Source: Eubacteriales bacterium
GTDB taxonomy: Bacteria; Bacillota; Clostridia; Christensenellales; Aristaeellaceae
Reading direction: 5' to 3'
Assembly: GCA_034180455.1 (NCBI GenBank)
Contig: JAXFOG010000033.1
Span: 5,140 to 69,139, forward strand
Length of the DNA: 64,000 nucleotides
Shown here: one piece after another, positions 47,233 to 56,168 of the stretch
How the letters are laid out: the number at the start of each line of letters is the position of its first letter
Numbering within the stretch: the stretch's first letter is position 1
Program-made: the position numbers and the translations under genes
The notes under the pieces: model-generated
The model's input: only the letters and a program-made list of their open reading frames with translations
Told to the model about the DNA's origin: nothing
The model's database searches: none

Positions 47233-48336
47233 TCATTCTTTATCAAGGTTTTCAGTTTGGGTTTTATTTGCAAACACCCAATTCTTCTGTAAATTATAGC
47301 TTGCAAAAAATAATAACACATCAATTACAGGCTTACTTGCAATTTCTGATGTTTTAAACACTAAATGTAGAAGTGAATTTATTGTATTGGAACAAGTAAT
47401 AATAAAAAGTACAACTAATATATATTTAAAAAATATAGATCTATTTTTTAAGTTTTTATTATTAATATTGAATACAAATTTTTTATTAAATAGGAAATTG
47501 AACATAGAGGATATAGCTCTAGCAATAAATCCTGCCAAGAAAATTCTCTTAGTTGGATCATTGACGCTATTGTAAAATACTTTTATTAGTATAGAAAATA
47601 CAATTAAATCTAACAAAGTAGAAATTAGTGATGAAGATACAAATTTAAATATATTTGAAAATATTACTTTATATATTTTTATACTGTCTTTTATAGGATT
47701 AAAATGGGTTCCCTCATTATTATTTTCATATATGGTTTCAATAATTACTGGCTTGATAGGATATTTTTTAAGTGAGAAATATATCAACATATTCATCTCA
47801 TATTCAAATCTTGAGCCTTTTACATTAATCATATCTTCTAGGTATTTAGAATCAAAGGCTCTTAGTCCTGTTTGCGTATCGGGAAGGTATTGGCCATAAA
47901 ATATTTTAAAAATTATACTTGTAATTTTATTTCCAAATTTACTTTTAAATGGAACATGTGAAAGGTTAAAATCTCTTGAACCAAGAATTAAACAATCTCT
48001 GTTTTGATTTAACCCATCAATTACCTTTATTAGATCTTTTACAGTGTGCTGTCCATCAGAATCAGCAGTTACGATTGTTTTAAAAGACTTCATTTCATTT
48101 TTTATATATGAAAAAGCGGTTTTTAATGCATAACCTTTGCCTTTATTTACTTCGTAACCTAGAACTTTAGCGCCAAGGTTTTGTGCTTCATCAAAAAAGC
48201 AATTATACTTTTTTGAGCTACCATCATTAACTACTATTATATGTTTCATCCCACACCCAAAAAGTGATCTTACATAGTCGATCATTTTTTCATTGGGTTC
48301 ATAGGATGGAATTACAATACAAATATCATCGTACAT
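47233..48336 (-). CDS. GT2 glycosyltransferase fused to a GtrA-like membrane domain
   Basis: 367 aa. N-terminal IVIPSYEPNE...VVNDGSS...DSDGQH (GT-A DxD). The C-terminal ~140 aa has 4 TM helices resembling the GtrA family. recD2 starts 3 nt downstream. Confidence 0.75.
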   Translation of the reverse strand: MYDDICIVIPSYEPNEKMIDYVRSLFGCGMKHIIVVNDGSSKKYNCFFDEAQNLGAKVLGYEVNKGKGYALKTAFSYIKNEMKSFKTIVTADSDGQHTVKDLIKVIDGLNQNRDCLILGSRDFNLSHVPFKSKFGNKITSIIFKIFYGQYLPDTQTGLRAFDSKYLEDMINVKGSRFEYEMNMLIYFSLKKYPIKPVIIETIYENNNEGTHFNPIKDSIKIYKVIFSNIFKFVSSSLISTLLDLIVFSILIKVFYNSVNDPTKRIFLAGFIARAISSMFNFLFNKKFVFNINNKNLKNRSIFFKYILVVLFIITCSNTINSLLHLVFKTSEIASKPVIDVLLFFASYNLQKNWVFANKTQTENLDKE

Positions 48337-48490
48337 AATAAAATGCTCCCTATATTTTCATATATTATAAGATATCAAATGATTTACTTCAAGCATTAAA
48401 TGTCTTGCGCTGGGTATATGTAAAGATATAGTGTCATTTTTTCTTTAAATGTAGTATAATAAAGTGAAACTTATATTTTGAGGTGATATT

Positions 48491-49498
48491 ATGACTGTTG
48501 TAGAAAAAATTAAGCAAAAAGCTAAATCCAACATTAAAAGAATTGTTCTAGCAGAAGGTACAGAGCAAAGAACTCTTAAAGCCGCATCTATTGTTGCTAA
48601 TGAAAAAATTGCTGAAGTTTATTTAGTTGGTAGTGAGCAGGAAATAAAAAGAATTGCTAAAGAAAATTCTATAAATTTAGATGGCGTAAATATTCTTGAT
48701 CCAAGTGTATACAATAAAACAAATGAATATGCCAATAAATTATTTGAGCTTAGAAAGCAAAAAGGTATGACTGAAGAATCTGCTTTAGATTTATGCAAAA
48801 ATAATACACTATATTTTGCAACCATGATGGTAAAAATGGGAGATGCTGACGGAATGGTTGCTGGTGCTATTAATTCCACTGGTAATGTTTTGCGTCCTGC
48901 TTTACAAATATTGAAGACAGCTCCTGGAATCAAAGTTGTATCTTCGTGTATGATAATGGAAACAAACGCAACTGAATATGGAGATAATGGCGCATTAGTT
49001 TTTGGTGATTGTGCTGTTATGCCAAATCCTACAGCTGAAGAATTGGCAGCAATTGCAGTAAGTACTGCAAATAGTGCTAAACAGATGCTTGGAGTACAGC
49101 CAAAAGTTGCAATGCTTAGTTTTTCTACAAAAGGTAGTGCAAAGCATGAGAATGTTGATAAAGTTGTTGAAGCAACTAGAATAGCAAAGGAAATTGCTCC
49201 AGATTTAATAATTGATGGAGAATTGCAAGCTGATGCTGCACTTGTTGATTCTGTAGGCAAGCTAAAATCTCCTGGAAGCGATGTTGCAGGTCAAGCAAAT
49301 GTTTTAGTTTTCCCTGATCTACAAGCTGCAAATATAGGATATAAGTTAGTTCAGAGATTAGGAAAAGCTACGGCAACTGGTCCAATACTTCAAGGCTTAG
49401 CTGCTCCAGTAAATGATTTAAGCCGTGGATGCTCAGTTGAAGACATTGTAAATGTTATTGCTATTACATCAGTTATCGCTCAAAATAAAGGAGAATAG
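48491..49498 (+). CDS. pta: Phosphate acetyltransferase
   Basis: 335 aa. RIVLAEG, ADGMVAG and SFSTKGSA motifs of PTA_PTB. ackA follows. Confidence 0.95.
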   Translation: MTVVEKIKQKAKSNIKRIVLAEGTEQRTLKAASIVANEKIAEVYLVGSEQEIKRIAKENSINLDGVNILDPSVYNKTNEYANKLFELRKQKGMTEESALDLCKNNTLYFATMMVKMGDADGMVAGAINSTGNVLRPALQILKTAPGIKVVSSCMIMETNATEYGDNGALVFGDCAVMPNPTAEELAAIAVSTANSAKQMLGVQPKVAMLSFSTKGSAKHENVDKVVEATRIAKEIAPDLIIDGELQADAALVDSVGKLKSPGSDVAGQANVLVFPDLQAANIGYKLVQRLGKATATGPILQGLAAPVNDLSRGCSVEDIVNVIAITSVIAQNKGE

Positions 49499-49500
49499 AA

Positions 49501-50703
49501 ATGCTAATTTTAGTTGTAAATGCTGGTTCCTCTTCACTTAAATATCAAGTAATTCAAATGGATAATCAATCTGTTGTCGCAAAAGGCCTTGTTGAAAGAA
49601 TAGGTATAGAAGGCAGTAAACTTACTCAAACTGCTAATGAAAAGAAAACAGTTATTGAAAAACCAATGGGAAATCATACAGAAGCTATTGAGTATATGTT
49701 ACAAGCTCTCACATCAGGCGAAAATCCACCAATACATGATATGAATGATATTTATGCTGTTGGACATAGAGTTCTCCATGGTGGAGATAAATTTAGTGCT
49801 TCTGCTGTTGTCAATGATGATGTCATTGAGGCTATAAAAGATGCTATTCCACTTGGGCCTCTTCATAACCCTGCAAATTTAATGGGAATACAAGCCTGCA
49901 TTAAGGTTATGCCTAATACTCCACAGGTTGCAGTATTTGATACTGCTTTCCATCAGACAATGCCAAAGAAGGCTTTTCTTTACGGCGTACCTATGGATTA
50001 CTATAAAAGGCTTAAAATTAGAAGATATGGTTTCCACGGTACATCACATAGATATGTAAGCGCAAGAGCGATTGAATTTTTGGGCTTGGATAAGAATAAC
50101 TCAAAAGTAATAACATGTCACCTTGGAAATGGTTCATCTATTTGTGCTGTACAAAATGGAAAGTGTGTTGATACAAGCATGGGACTAACTCCTCTTGAGG
50201 GCTTACTAATGGGTACTCGTAGCGGTAACTTAGATCCAGCTGTGGTACAATTTATTGCAAATAGCGATAATCTTTCTGTTGATGAAGTTTTAAATATATG
50301 CAACAAGAAAAGTGGCTTACTTGGCATATCTGGAATATCAAGTGATATGAGAGATATTGAGAAAGCTGCATCAGAAGGCGATGAAAATGCAATTGTAGCT
50401 AGAGATATGCTTGTAGCAGGAATTAAGAAATATATTGGAGCTTATGCTGCTATAATGGGTGGAGTAGATGCAATAATATTTACGGCAGGCATCGGCGAAA
50501 ATGGTCCGGATCTAAGAGAACGAGTAATAGACGGCCTTGAATTCTTGGGAGTTAAACTTGATAAAGAGCTTAATAATTGTAAAGGCATTGAGCGAATAAT
50601 TTCCACAAAGGATAGTAAGGTGCTTGTTGCAGTTGTACCTACAAATGAGGAAATTGCAATTGCAAAGGATACAGTTGAGCTTGTTTCTGCAATGAAAAAA
50701 TAA
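49501..50703 (+). CDS. ackA: Acetate kinase
   Basis: 400 aa. ILVVNAGSSSLKYQ, GHRVLHGG, RRYGFHGTSH, FTAGIGEN. Confidence 0.97.
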   Translation: MLILVVNAGSSSLKYQVIQMDNQSVVAKGLVERIGIEGSKLTQTANEKKTVIEKPMGNHTEAIEYMLQALTSGENPPIHDMNDIYAVGHRVLHGGDKFSASAVVNDDVIEAIKDAIPLGPLHNPANLMGIQACIKVMPNTPQVAVFDTAFHQTMPKKAFLYGVPMDYYKRLKIRRYGFHGTSHRYVSARAIEFLGLDKNNSKVITCHLGNGSSICAVQNGKCVDTSMGLTPLEGLLMGTRSGNLDPAVVQFIANSDNLSVDEVLNICNKKSGLLGISGISSDMRDIEKAASEGDENAIVARDMLVAGIKKYIGAYAAIMGGVDAIIFTAGIGENGPDLRERVIDGLEFLGVKLDKELNNCKGIERIISTKDSKVLVAVVPTNEEIAIAKDTVELVSAMKK

Positions 50704-50707
50704 TTAG

Positions 50708-50736
50708 TTGACAAAATGACTATTTAATATTAAAAT
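50708..50736 (+). promoter_or_regulatory. Near-consensus sigma-A promoter for yceD-rpmF
   Basis: TTGACA (50708-50713), exactly 17 nt, TAAAAT (50731-50736). GAGGAG SD before ATG 50765. Confidence 0.65.
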
Positions 50737-50764
50737 ATCATCTGTTATATTTTGAGGAGTTGTT

Positions 50765-51280
50765 ATGCTATTAGATATAAGTTCTGCTTTAAAAAATCCA
50801 GGCGAAATTTATAATTTTTCTACGGAAATAACAATAAATGCACAAAATATATACGGACAAAGTTACTTTATTGGTCCTGTAGTTCTAGAAGGTATTTTTA
50901 CTTCTATGGATGATGAAATATTAGTTTCTGGAGAAATATTTTACTCAGTTAGCACACAATGTGCAAGATGTCTTAAAGATATTACGCAAAACTTCAAACT
51001 AAAGTTTTCTGAAAGTTTTAAAAAGAAGCTATTGCGTGACATTGAGAGTGATGATATTTTCGATGATGAATGTTTCTATTATGATGGGTATCAAATTGAT
51101 ATCAGTGAAATGGTAGAACAAATTATCATTACTAATATTCCAATTAAAATGATATGTAAAGATGGTTGTAATAATCCTATATTATCTTATATAGATGAAG
51201 AATCACAGGAACATATTACTGAAAAAGAGAATCCCTTTAATATTTTAAAGGATGCATTCAAAAATGATGAGGAGGTGTAA
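50765..51280 (+). CDS. yceD: YceD-family (DUF177) protein
   Basis: 171 aa. CARCL...C..C Cys pairs, an acidic C-terminus, and position immediately upstream of rpmF (conserved pairing). Confidence 0.8.
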   Translation: MLLDISSALKNPGEIYNFSTEITINAQNIYGQSYFIGPVVLEGIFTSMDDEILVSGEIFYSVSTQCARCLKDITQNFKLKFSESFKKKLLRDIESDDIFDDECFYYDGYQIDISEMVEQIIITNIPIKMICKDGCNNPILSYIDEESQEHITEKENPFNILKDAFKNDEEV

Positions 51281-51282
51281 CA

Positions 51283-51468
51283 ATGGCTCTTCCTAAGGGT
51301 AAAATATCAAAGGCAAGAAAAAGAAGTCGCCGCGCAAATTGGAAACTAACACAACCTGGTATTGTTTCTTGTCCACAATGCCACGAAGCTAAACTTGCTC
51401 ATCGTGTATGCAAGAACTGCGGATATTATGATGGTGAACAAGTTCTAACAATTGCAGAAGAAAAATAA
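51283..51468 (+). CDS. rpmF: 50S ribosomal protein L32 (Zn-ribbon C+ form)
   Basis: 61 aa. MALPKGKISKARKRSRRANWKL...CPQCHEAKLAHRVCKNCGYY. Confidence 0.95.
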   Translation: MALPKGKISKARKRSRRANWKLTQPGIVSCPQCHEAKLAHRVCKNCGYYDGEQVLTIAEEK

Positions 51469-51489
51469 TCTGTGAAAAAGAGGAGTAAC

Positions 51490-51661
51490 TATTTTATCAT
51501 ATTCAGAGAGTTAATTTAGGGTGAAATTTAACTATGATATTTAGTGAATGTTACTTTTGAGATAAAAGGGTAAGCCCTTTATAGCCTATGAGGCGCTTTT
51601 TGCGCAAAAATAAGGTGGTACCACGACACTGCATCGTCCTTTTGGATGATGCAGTTTTTTA
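51490..51661 (+). promoter_or_regulatory. T-box leader (tRNA-Val-responsive) controlling valS
   Basis: Stem I elements AGAGAG (51504-51509) and distal GGGTGA. Specifier region GTGAA-T-GTT-A, with the likely GUU codon at 51550-51552. T-box sequence AAGGTGGTACCACG (51612-51625). Terminator CTGCATCGTCC-TTTT-GGATGATGCAG plus T6 (51629-51660). Confidence 0.85.
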
Positions 51662-51695
51662 TTATAATGATTAAATTATGGAGCTTTGAAAAGAT

Positions 51696-54335
51696 ATGAA
51701 ATACGAAATGGAAAAAACATACAATCCTACGGAAGTTGAGGAAAAACTTTATAAAAAATGGGAAAATCAAAAAGCTTTTGCTGGAACAAAAATTGAAGGC
51801 AAAAAACCATTTACTATTGTGATGCCACCTCCAAATATTACTGGTCAGCTTCACATGGGACATGCTATGGATGCGTTGCTTCAAGATGCACCTATAAGAT
51901 ATCATAGAATGAAGGGAGACCCAACTCTTTGGGTACCTGGAACTGATCATGCCTCAATTGCTACTGAAGTTAAAATAGTTGATAAGTTAGCTAAACAGGG
52001 AACTTCTAAAGAAGAAATAGGAAGAGATAAGTTTTTAGAAGTAGCTTGGGAATGGAAAGAAGAATATGGTGAAAGAATAAACCTGCAGCAAAAGAAATTA
52101 GGAGTAAGCTGTGACTGGGATAGACTTAGTTTTACTATGGATGAAAAATGTAGCAAGGCTGTTTCTGAAGCGTTTATAAATCTGTATAATAAAGGCCTTA
52201 TTTATCGTGGTAATAGAATGATAAATTGGTGTCCCGAATGTAAAACAGCACTTTCTGATGCAGAAGTTGAGTATGAAGAGCAAGAATCTAATTTATGGTA
52301 CATACGTTATCCAGCTGAAGATGGATCTGAAGGTGTTGTTGTTGCAACTACAAGGCCTGAAACCATGTTAGGAGATACTGGTGTTGCTGTAAATCCAAAC
52401 GACGATAGATATTCAAATATTGTAGGAAAAAATGTAATATTGCCACTTATTAATAGATTAATACCAGTTGTTGCTGATGATTATGTTGATATGGAATTTG
52501 GTACAGGTGCTGTAAAAATGACACCAGCCCATGATCCTAATGACTTTGAAGTAGCTCAAAGGCATAATTTAGACATTATAAGAATAAATAATGACGATGG
52601 AACAATTAATGAAAATGGGGGAGAATATGAAGGCTTAACAGCTTTAGATTGTCGAAAAAAGATTGTTGCTGATCTCAAAGAAAAAGGTTATATAGTTAAA
52701 ATAGAAAATTATAAACACAATGTTGGTACGTGTTATAGGTGCTCTACAACTATTGAGCCAATAGTTAGCAAACAATGGTTTGTTAAAATGGACGAGCTAG
52801 CAAAACCAGCTATTGATGTGGTAAAGACAGGAAAAACTCAATTTATTCCTGAAAGATTTAGTAAGACATACTTCAATTGGATGGAAAACATAAAAGATTG
52901 GTGTATTAGTAGACAACTTTGGTGGGGACATCGAATTCCTGCTTATTATTGTGATAAGTGTGGTGAAATTGTTGTTTCAAAATCAACTCCAAAATTATGT
53001 GAAAAGTGTGGCTGTACTGAATTTCATCAGGATGAGGATGTGCTGGATACGTGGTTTTCGTCTGGACTTTGGCCATTTTCTGTCTTTGGATGGCCCGATA
53101 AGACTGAAGATTTGAAATATTATTATCCCACAACATTACTAGTAACTGGATATGACATTATATTCTTTTGGGTTGCAAGAATGATCTTTAATGGAATAGA
53201 GCATACTGGAAAAACTCCATTTTCAAAAGTTCTAATCCATGGATTGGTAAGAGATGCACAAGGAAGAAAAATGTCTAAGTCCTTGGGCAATGGAATAGAC
53301 CCACTAGAAATAATAGAAAAATATGGGGCAGATGCATTAAGATTTTCATTGGCCATCGGAATTAGTCCTGGTAACGATACTCGTTTTTCTTCTGAAAAGG
53401 TAGAATCAGCTAGAAATTTCACAAACAAAATTTGGAATGCATCAAGATTTGTTCTAATGAATGTAGATAAAAAATATGATATTAACTTGAATTTACTTAC
53501 ATTAGCAGATAAATGGATTCTACATGAACTTCAAAATTGCATTAAAGATATAAGTAATTACATGGAAGATGGGGAATTGGGTCTGGCAGCTCAAAGACTA
53601 TATGATTTTTTCTGGGATTCATTCTGCGATTGGTATATTGAATTATCAAAAAATGCTTTATTTGAAGGAAATATAGAGACAAAAACAAATACAAAAGCTG
53701 TGCTTTACTTTGTTTTGCTAAATACATTAAAACTTATTCATCCTATTATGCCTTTTATTTCAGAAGAAATTTTTCAACATATGCCAGATACAGAAGGATT
53801 AATAATGAAATCTGATTGGCCACAAATAAATAGTGATTTCTCTTTTCCTAATGAATCTGATCAAATGAAAGAAATTATGGACATTATAAAAGCTTTACGT
53901 AACATTAGAAATGAAAAGAATGTAAGTTATAGTAAACAAATTAAACTTTATATTGATTCTAAATCTGAATGGGAAAATTTATTGGAAAATTCTAGCTCGT
54001 ATATAAAATCATTGGTTAATATATCAAAAATAGAATATAATAAACCAAAAGATGATGAAAAGACGATATCAAAAATTATGCCATCATGCGAGCTTTTTAT
54101 CCCACTTGGTGATCTAATTGACTTTACTGAAGAGTTATCTCGACTTGAAAAAGAAAAATTAAAATTTATATCCGAACTCGAACTAGCTCAATCAAAGCTT
54201 AGTAATCCAGGATTTGTAGCAAAAGCTCCTCAAAAATTAGTAGATGCAGAAAAAGAAAAAATAGAAAAGTATAATGCTCTGATTAATGATATAGACAATC
54301 GTATTGTTGAGATGAAGGATCTAATCAATGGCTGA
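51696..54335 (+). CDS. valS: Valine--tRNA ligase
   Basis: 879 aa. PPPNITGQLHMGHA (HIGH), KMSKSLGN (KMSKS), C-terminal coiled coil. Start could alternatively be ATG 51708. Confidence 0.97.
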   Translation: MKYEMEKTYNPTEVEEKLYKKWENQKAFAGTKIEGKKPFTIVMPPPNITGQLHMGHAMDALLQDAPIRYHRMKGDPTLWVPGTDHASIATEVKIVDKLAKQGTSKEEIGRDKFLEVAWEWKEEYGERINLQQKKLGVSCDWDRLSFTMDEKCSKAVSEAFINLYNKGLIYRGNRMINWCPECKTALSDAEVEYEEQESNLWYIRYPAEDGSEGVVVATTRPETMLGDTGVAVNPNDDRYSNIVGKNVILPLINRLIPVVADDYVDMEFGTGAVKMTPAHDPNDFEVAQRHNLDIIRINNDDGTINENGGEYEGLTALDCRKKIVADLKEKGYIVKIENYKHNVGTCYRCSTTIEPIVSKQWFVKMDELAKPAIDVVKTGKTQFIPERFSKTYFNWMENIKDWCISRQLWWGHRIPAYYCDKCGEIVVSKSTPKLCEKCGCTEFHQDEDVLDTWFSSGLWPFSVFGWPDKTEDLKYYYPTTLLVTGYDIIFFWVARMIFNGIEHTGKTPFSKVLIHGLVRDAQGRKMSKSLGNGIDPLEIIEKYGADALRFSLAIGISPGNDTRFSSEKVESARNFTNKIWNASRFVLMNVDKKYDINLNLLTLADKWILHELQNCIKDISNYMEDGELGLAAQRLYDFFWDSFCDWYIELSKNALFEGNIETKTNTKAVLYFVLLNTLKLIHPIMPFISEEIFQHMPDTEGLIMKSDWPQINSDFSFPNESDQMKEIMDIIKALRNIRNEKNVSYSKQIKLYIDSKSEWENLLENSSSYIKSLVNISKIEYNKPKDDEKTISKIMPSCELFIPLGDLIDFTEELSRLEKEKLKFISELELAQSKLSNPGFVAKAPQKLVDAEKEKIEKYNALINDIDNRIVEMKDLING

Positions 54336-55275
54336 AGTTTCTTATGATTATCATGTACCAATTATGAAAGGCGAAGTAATTAAATTTTTAATTACTTCGC
54401 CTGATGGAATATATGTTGATGGTACGCTTGGTGGGGGAGGTCATAGCAGATCTATTCTTGAAAATATCAGCAGTAATGGCAAATTAATTGCTATTGACAG
54501 AGATATTGAAGCCATTAAACATTCAGATATATTATCCAAAGAATATAATAATTTTGTTCCGATACACGGAAATTTTCATAACATTTCAAATATATTAAAT
54601 AAATTAAATATTAATAAAATTGATGGCTGCCTGCTTGATCTTGGAGTGTCTAGCTATCAGCTTGACAATGGTTACAGAGGATTTTCTGTTCATCAAGATA
54701 ACTATTTGGATATGAGAATGGATACTAGTAGTGGTATTACAGCTGCTGAATATCTACAAAATGTAACTAAAGAAGAGTTTGAAAGAATTCTTTATGATTA
54801 TTCTGATGAAAATTGGGCTAAAAGGATTGCAGAAGAGTTAATTGAATATAGATCAAAACAGCCAGTTAAAACTACATATGATTTAGTTCAAATAGTTGAT
54901 AATGCAATTCCCAAAAAAGTTAGAATGAAAATTCAGGGGCATCCTGCTAGAAAAACCTTTCAAGCTGTTAGAATTGCAATAAATGATGAAATAGATCCAT
55001 TATATGATTGTTTGATAGATATAATAGAACTTTTAAAGCCTAATGCAAGAATATGTGTATTAACTTTTCACTCAATAGAGGATAGAATTGTTAAAAACTG
55101 CTTAAAAAAATGTGAAAACCCATGTACCTGCGATCCAAAGCTTCCTATTTGTGTTTGTGGTAAAAAACCATTAGGAAAGATCTTAACAAGGAAACCAATT
55201 ATCGCTAATGATGATGAACAAACTAATAATATAAGAAGCCGTAGTGCAAAATTACGAATTTTTGAAAAATATTAG
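54328..55275 (+). CDS. rsmH: 16S rRNA (cytosine1402-N4)-methyltransferase
   Basis: 315 aa. HVPIM..EV...L......YVDGTLGGGGHS, LLDLGVSSYQLD, HSIEDRIVK. Overlaps the valS stop by 8 nt (ATGGCTGA). Confidence 0.93.
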   Translation: MAEVSYDYHVPIMKGEVIKFLITSPDGIYVDGTLGGGGHSRSILENISSNGKLIAIDRDIEAIKHSDILSKEYNNFVPIHGNFHNISNILNKLNINKIDGCLLDLGVSSYQLDNGYRGFSVHQDNYLDMRMDTSSGITAAEYLQNVTKEEFERILYDYSDENWAKRIAEELIEYRSKQPVKTTYDLVQIVDNAIPKKVRMKIQGHPARKTFQAVRIAINDEIDPLYDCLIDIIELLKPNARICVLTFHSIEDRIVKNCLKKCENPCTCDPKLPICVCGKKPLGKILTRKPIIANDDEQTNNIRSRSAKLRIFEKY

Positions 55276-55290
55276 GTTAGGAGCTTTTCT

Positions 55291-56145
55291 ATGTCAATAA
55301 TTTATGTAGTGGCTACTCCAATTGGTAACCTTTCAGATATAAGCGAGCGTGCAATAGAAGCTCTTAAATCATCTAATATAATTGCAGCAGAAGATACAAG
55401 AAATACAAAAAATCTTTTAAATCATTTTGGTATAACTACATGTCTTACTAGTTATCATAAATTTAATGAAATAGAAAAATCAAAAGAGCTAATAGAAACT
55501 CTACTTGATAAGGACTTAATTTTGAGTATTGTTTCTGACGCAGGTACTCCTTGTATATCTGATCCTGGTGCAAAAATAGTTTCATGTGCACGAGAAAAAG
55601 GTATTAAAGTTGTACCTATACCAGGACCCTGTGCTGCAATTGCTGCATTATCTATTAGTGGATTTGAAATTAAAGAATTCTCTTTTTATGGTTTTTTAGA
55701 GAGAAAAGATACAGCACAAATAAAAAGCTTAAATTCAATTAGGAATAATTCGAAAATTGCAATTATATATGAATCTCCAAAAAGAATAAAACAGTTAATA
55801 TTAAATATTTCGTTAGTTGATAGTGGTGCATTAATTTGTTTATGCAATGACATTACAAAATATTATGAATTTACTATTGTTGGTTCTAATAATGAAATAC
55901 TAAATTATCTTGAATCAAATGAAAAATCAGATAAAGGTGAATACTGTATAGTTGTAAAATGGTCTGAAAAAATAATAAAAGACAGCTTAGATGAAAAATT
56001 ATCAACCGAAGCTGTTATATTTGACTTAGTATTAAAAAGATACACTAAGGAAGAAATTTTTGAAAGGCTACAAAAGATAGGGTATAAAAGAAACCAACTA
56101 TATAAAGCTTTTGAGTATGTAAAATCATTTAATTACAATAAATAA
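55291..56145 (+). CDS. rsmI: 16S rRNA (cytidine1402-2'-O)-methyltransferase
   Basis: 284 aa. YVVATPIGNLSDIS.RAIE.L......AAEDTR and SDAGTPCISDPG (tetrapyrrole-methylase fold, RsmI). Confidence 0.9.
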   Translation: MSIIYVVATPIGNLSDISERAIEALKSSNIIAAEDTRNTKNLLNHFGITTCLTSYHKFNEIEKSKELIETLLDKDLILSIVSDAGTPCISDPGAKIVSCAREKGIKVVPIPGPCAAIAALSISGFEIKEFSFYGFLERKDTAQIKSLNSIRNNSKIAIIYESPKRIKQLILNISLVDSGALICLCNDITKYYEFTIVGSNNEILNYLESNEKSDKGEYCIVVKWSEKIIKDSLDEKLSTEAVIFDLVLKRYTKEEIFERLQKIGYKRNQLYKAFEYVKSFNYNK

Positions 56146-56168
56146 ATTATAAAAATAGTTTATTTATT
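56137..56168. repeat. Perfect 10-bp inverted repeat spanning the convergent stops of rsmI and the recombinase gene
   Basis: AATAAATAAA (56137-56146), 12 nt, TTTATTTATT (56159-56168). All A/T, so only a weak hairpin. Confidence 0.5.

Noticed and set aside
48619-49260. 213-aa ORF antisense to pta
   Set aside because: It lies entirely within the strongly supported pta gene on the opposite strand. Its low-complexity S/A/I/F-rich translation is typical of the mirror frame of a codon-biased gene, and it has no SD.
51546-51553. T-box specifier could be read as UGU (Cys) immediately after the GAA of the specifier loop
   Set aside because: The downstream gene is unambiguously valS. GUU at 51550-51552 followed by the conserved purine (A 51553) fits the specifier rule, so I take the Cys reading as a register error. 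A covariance-model alignment would settle it.
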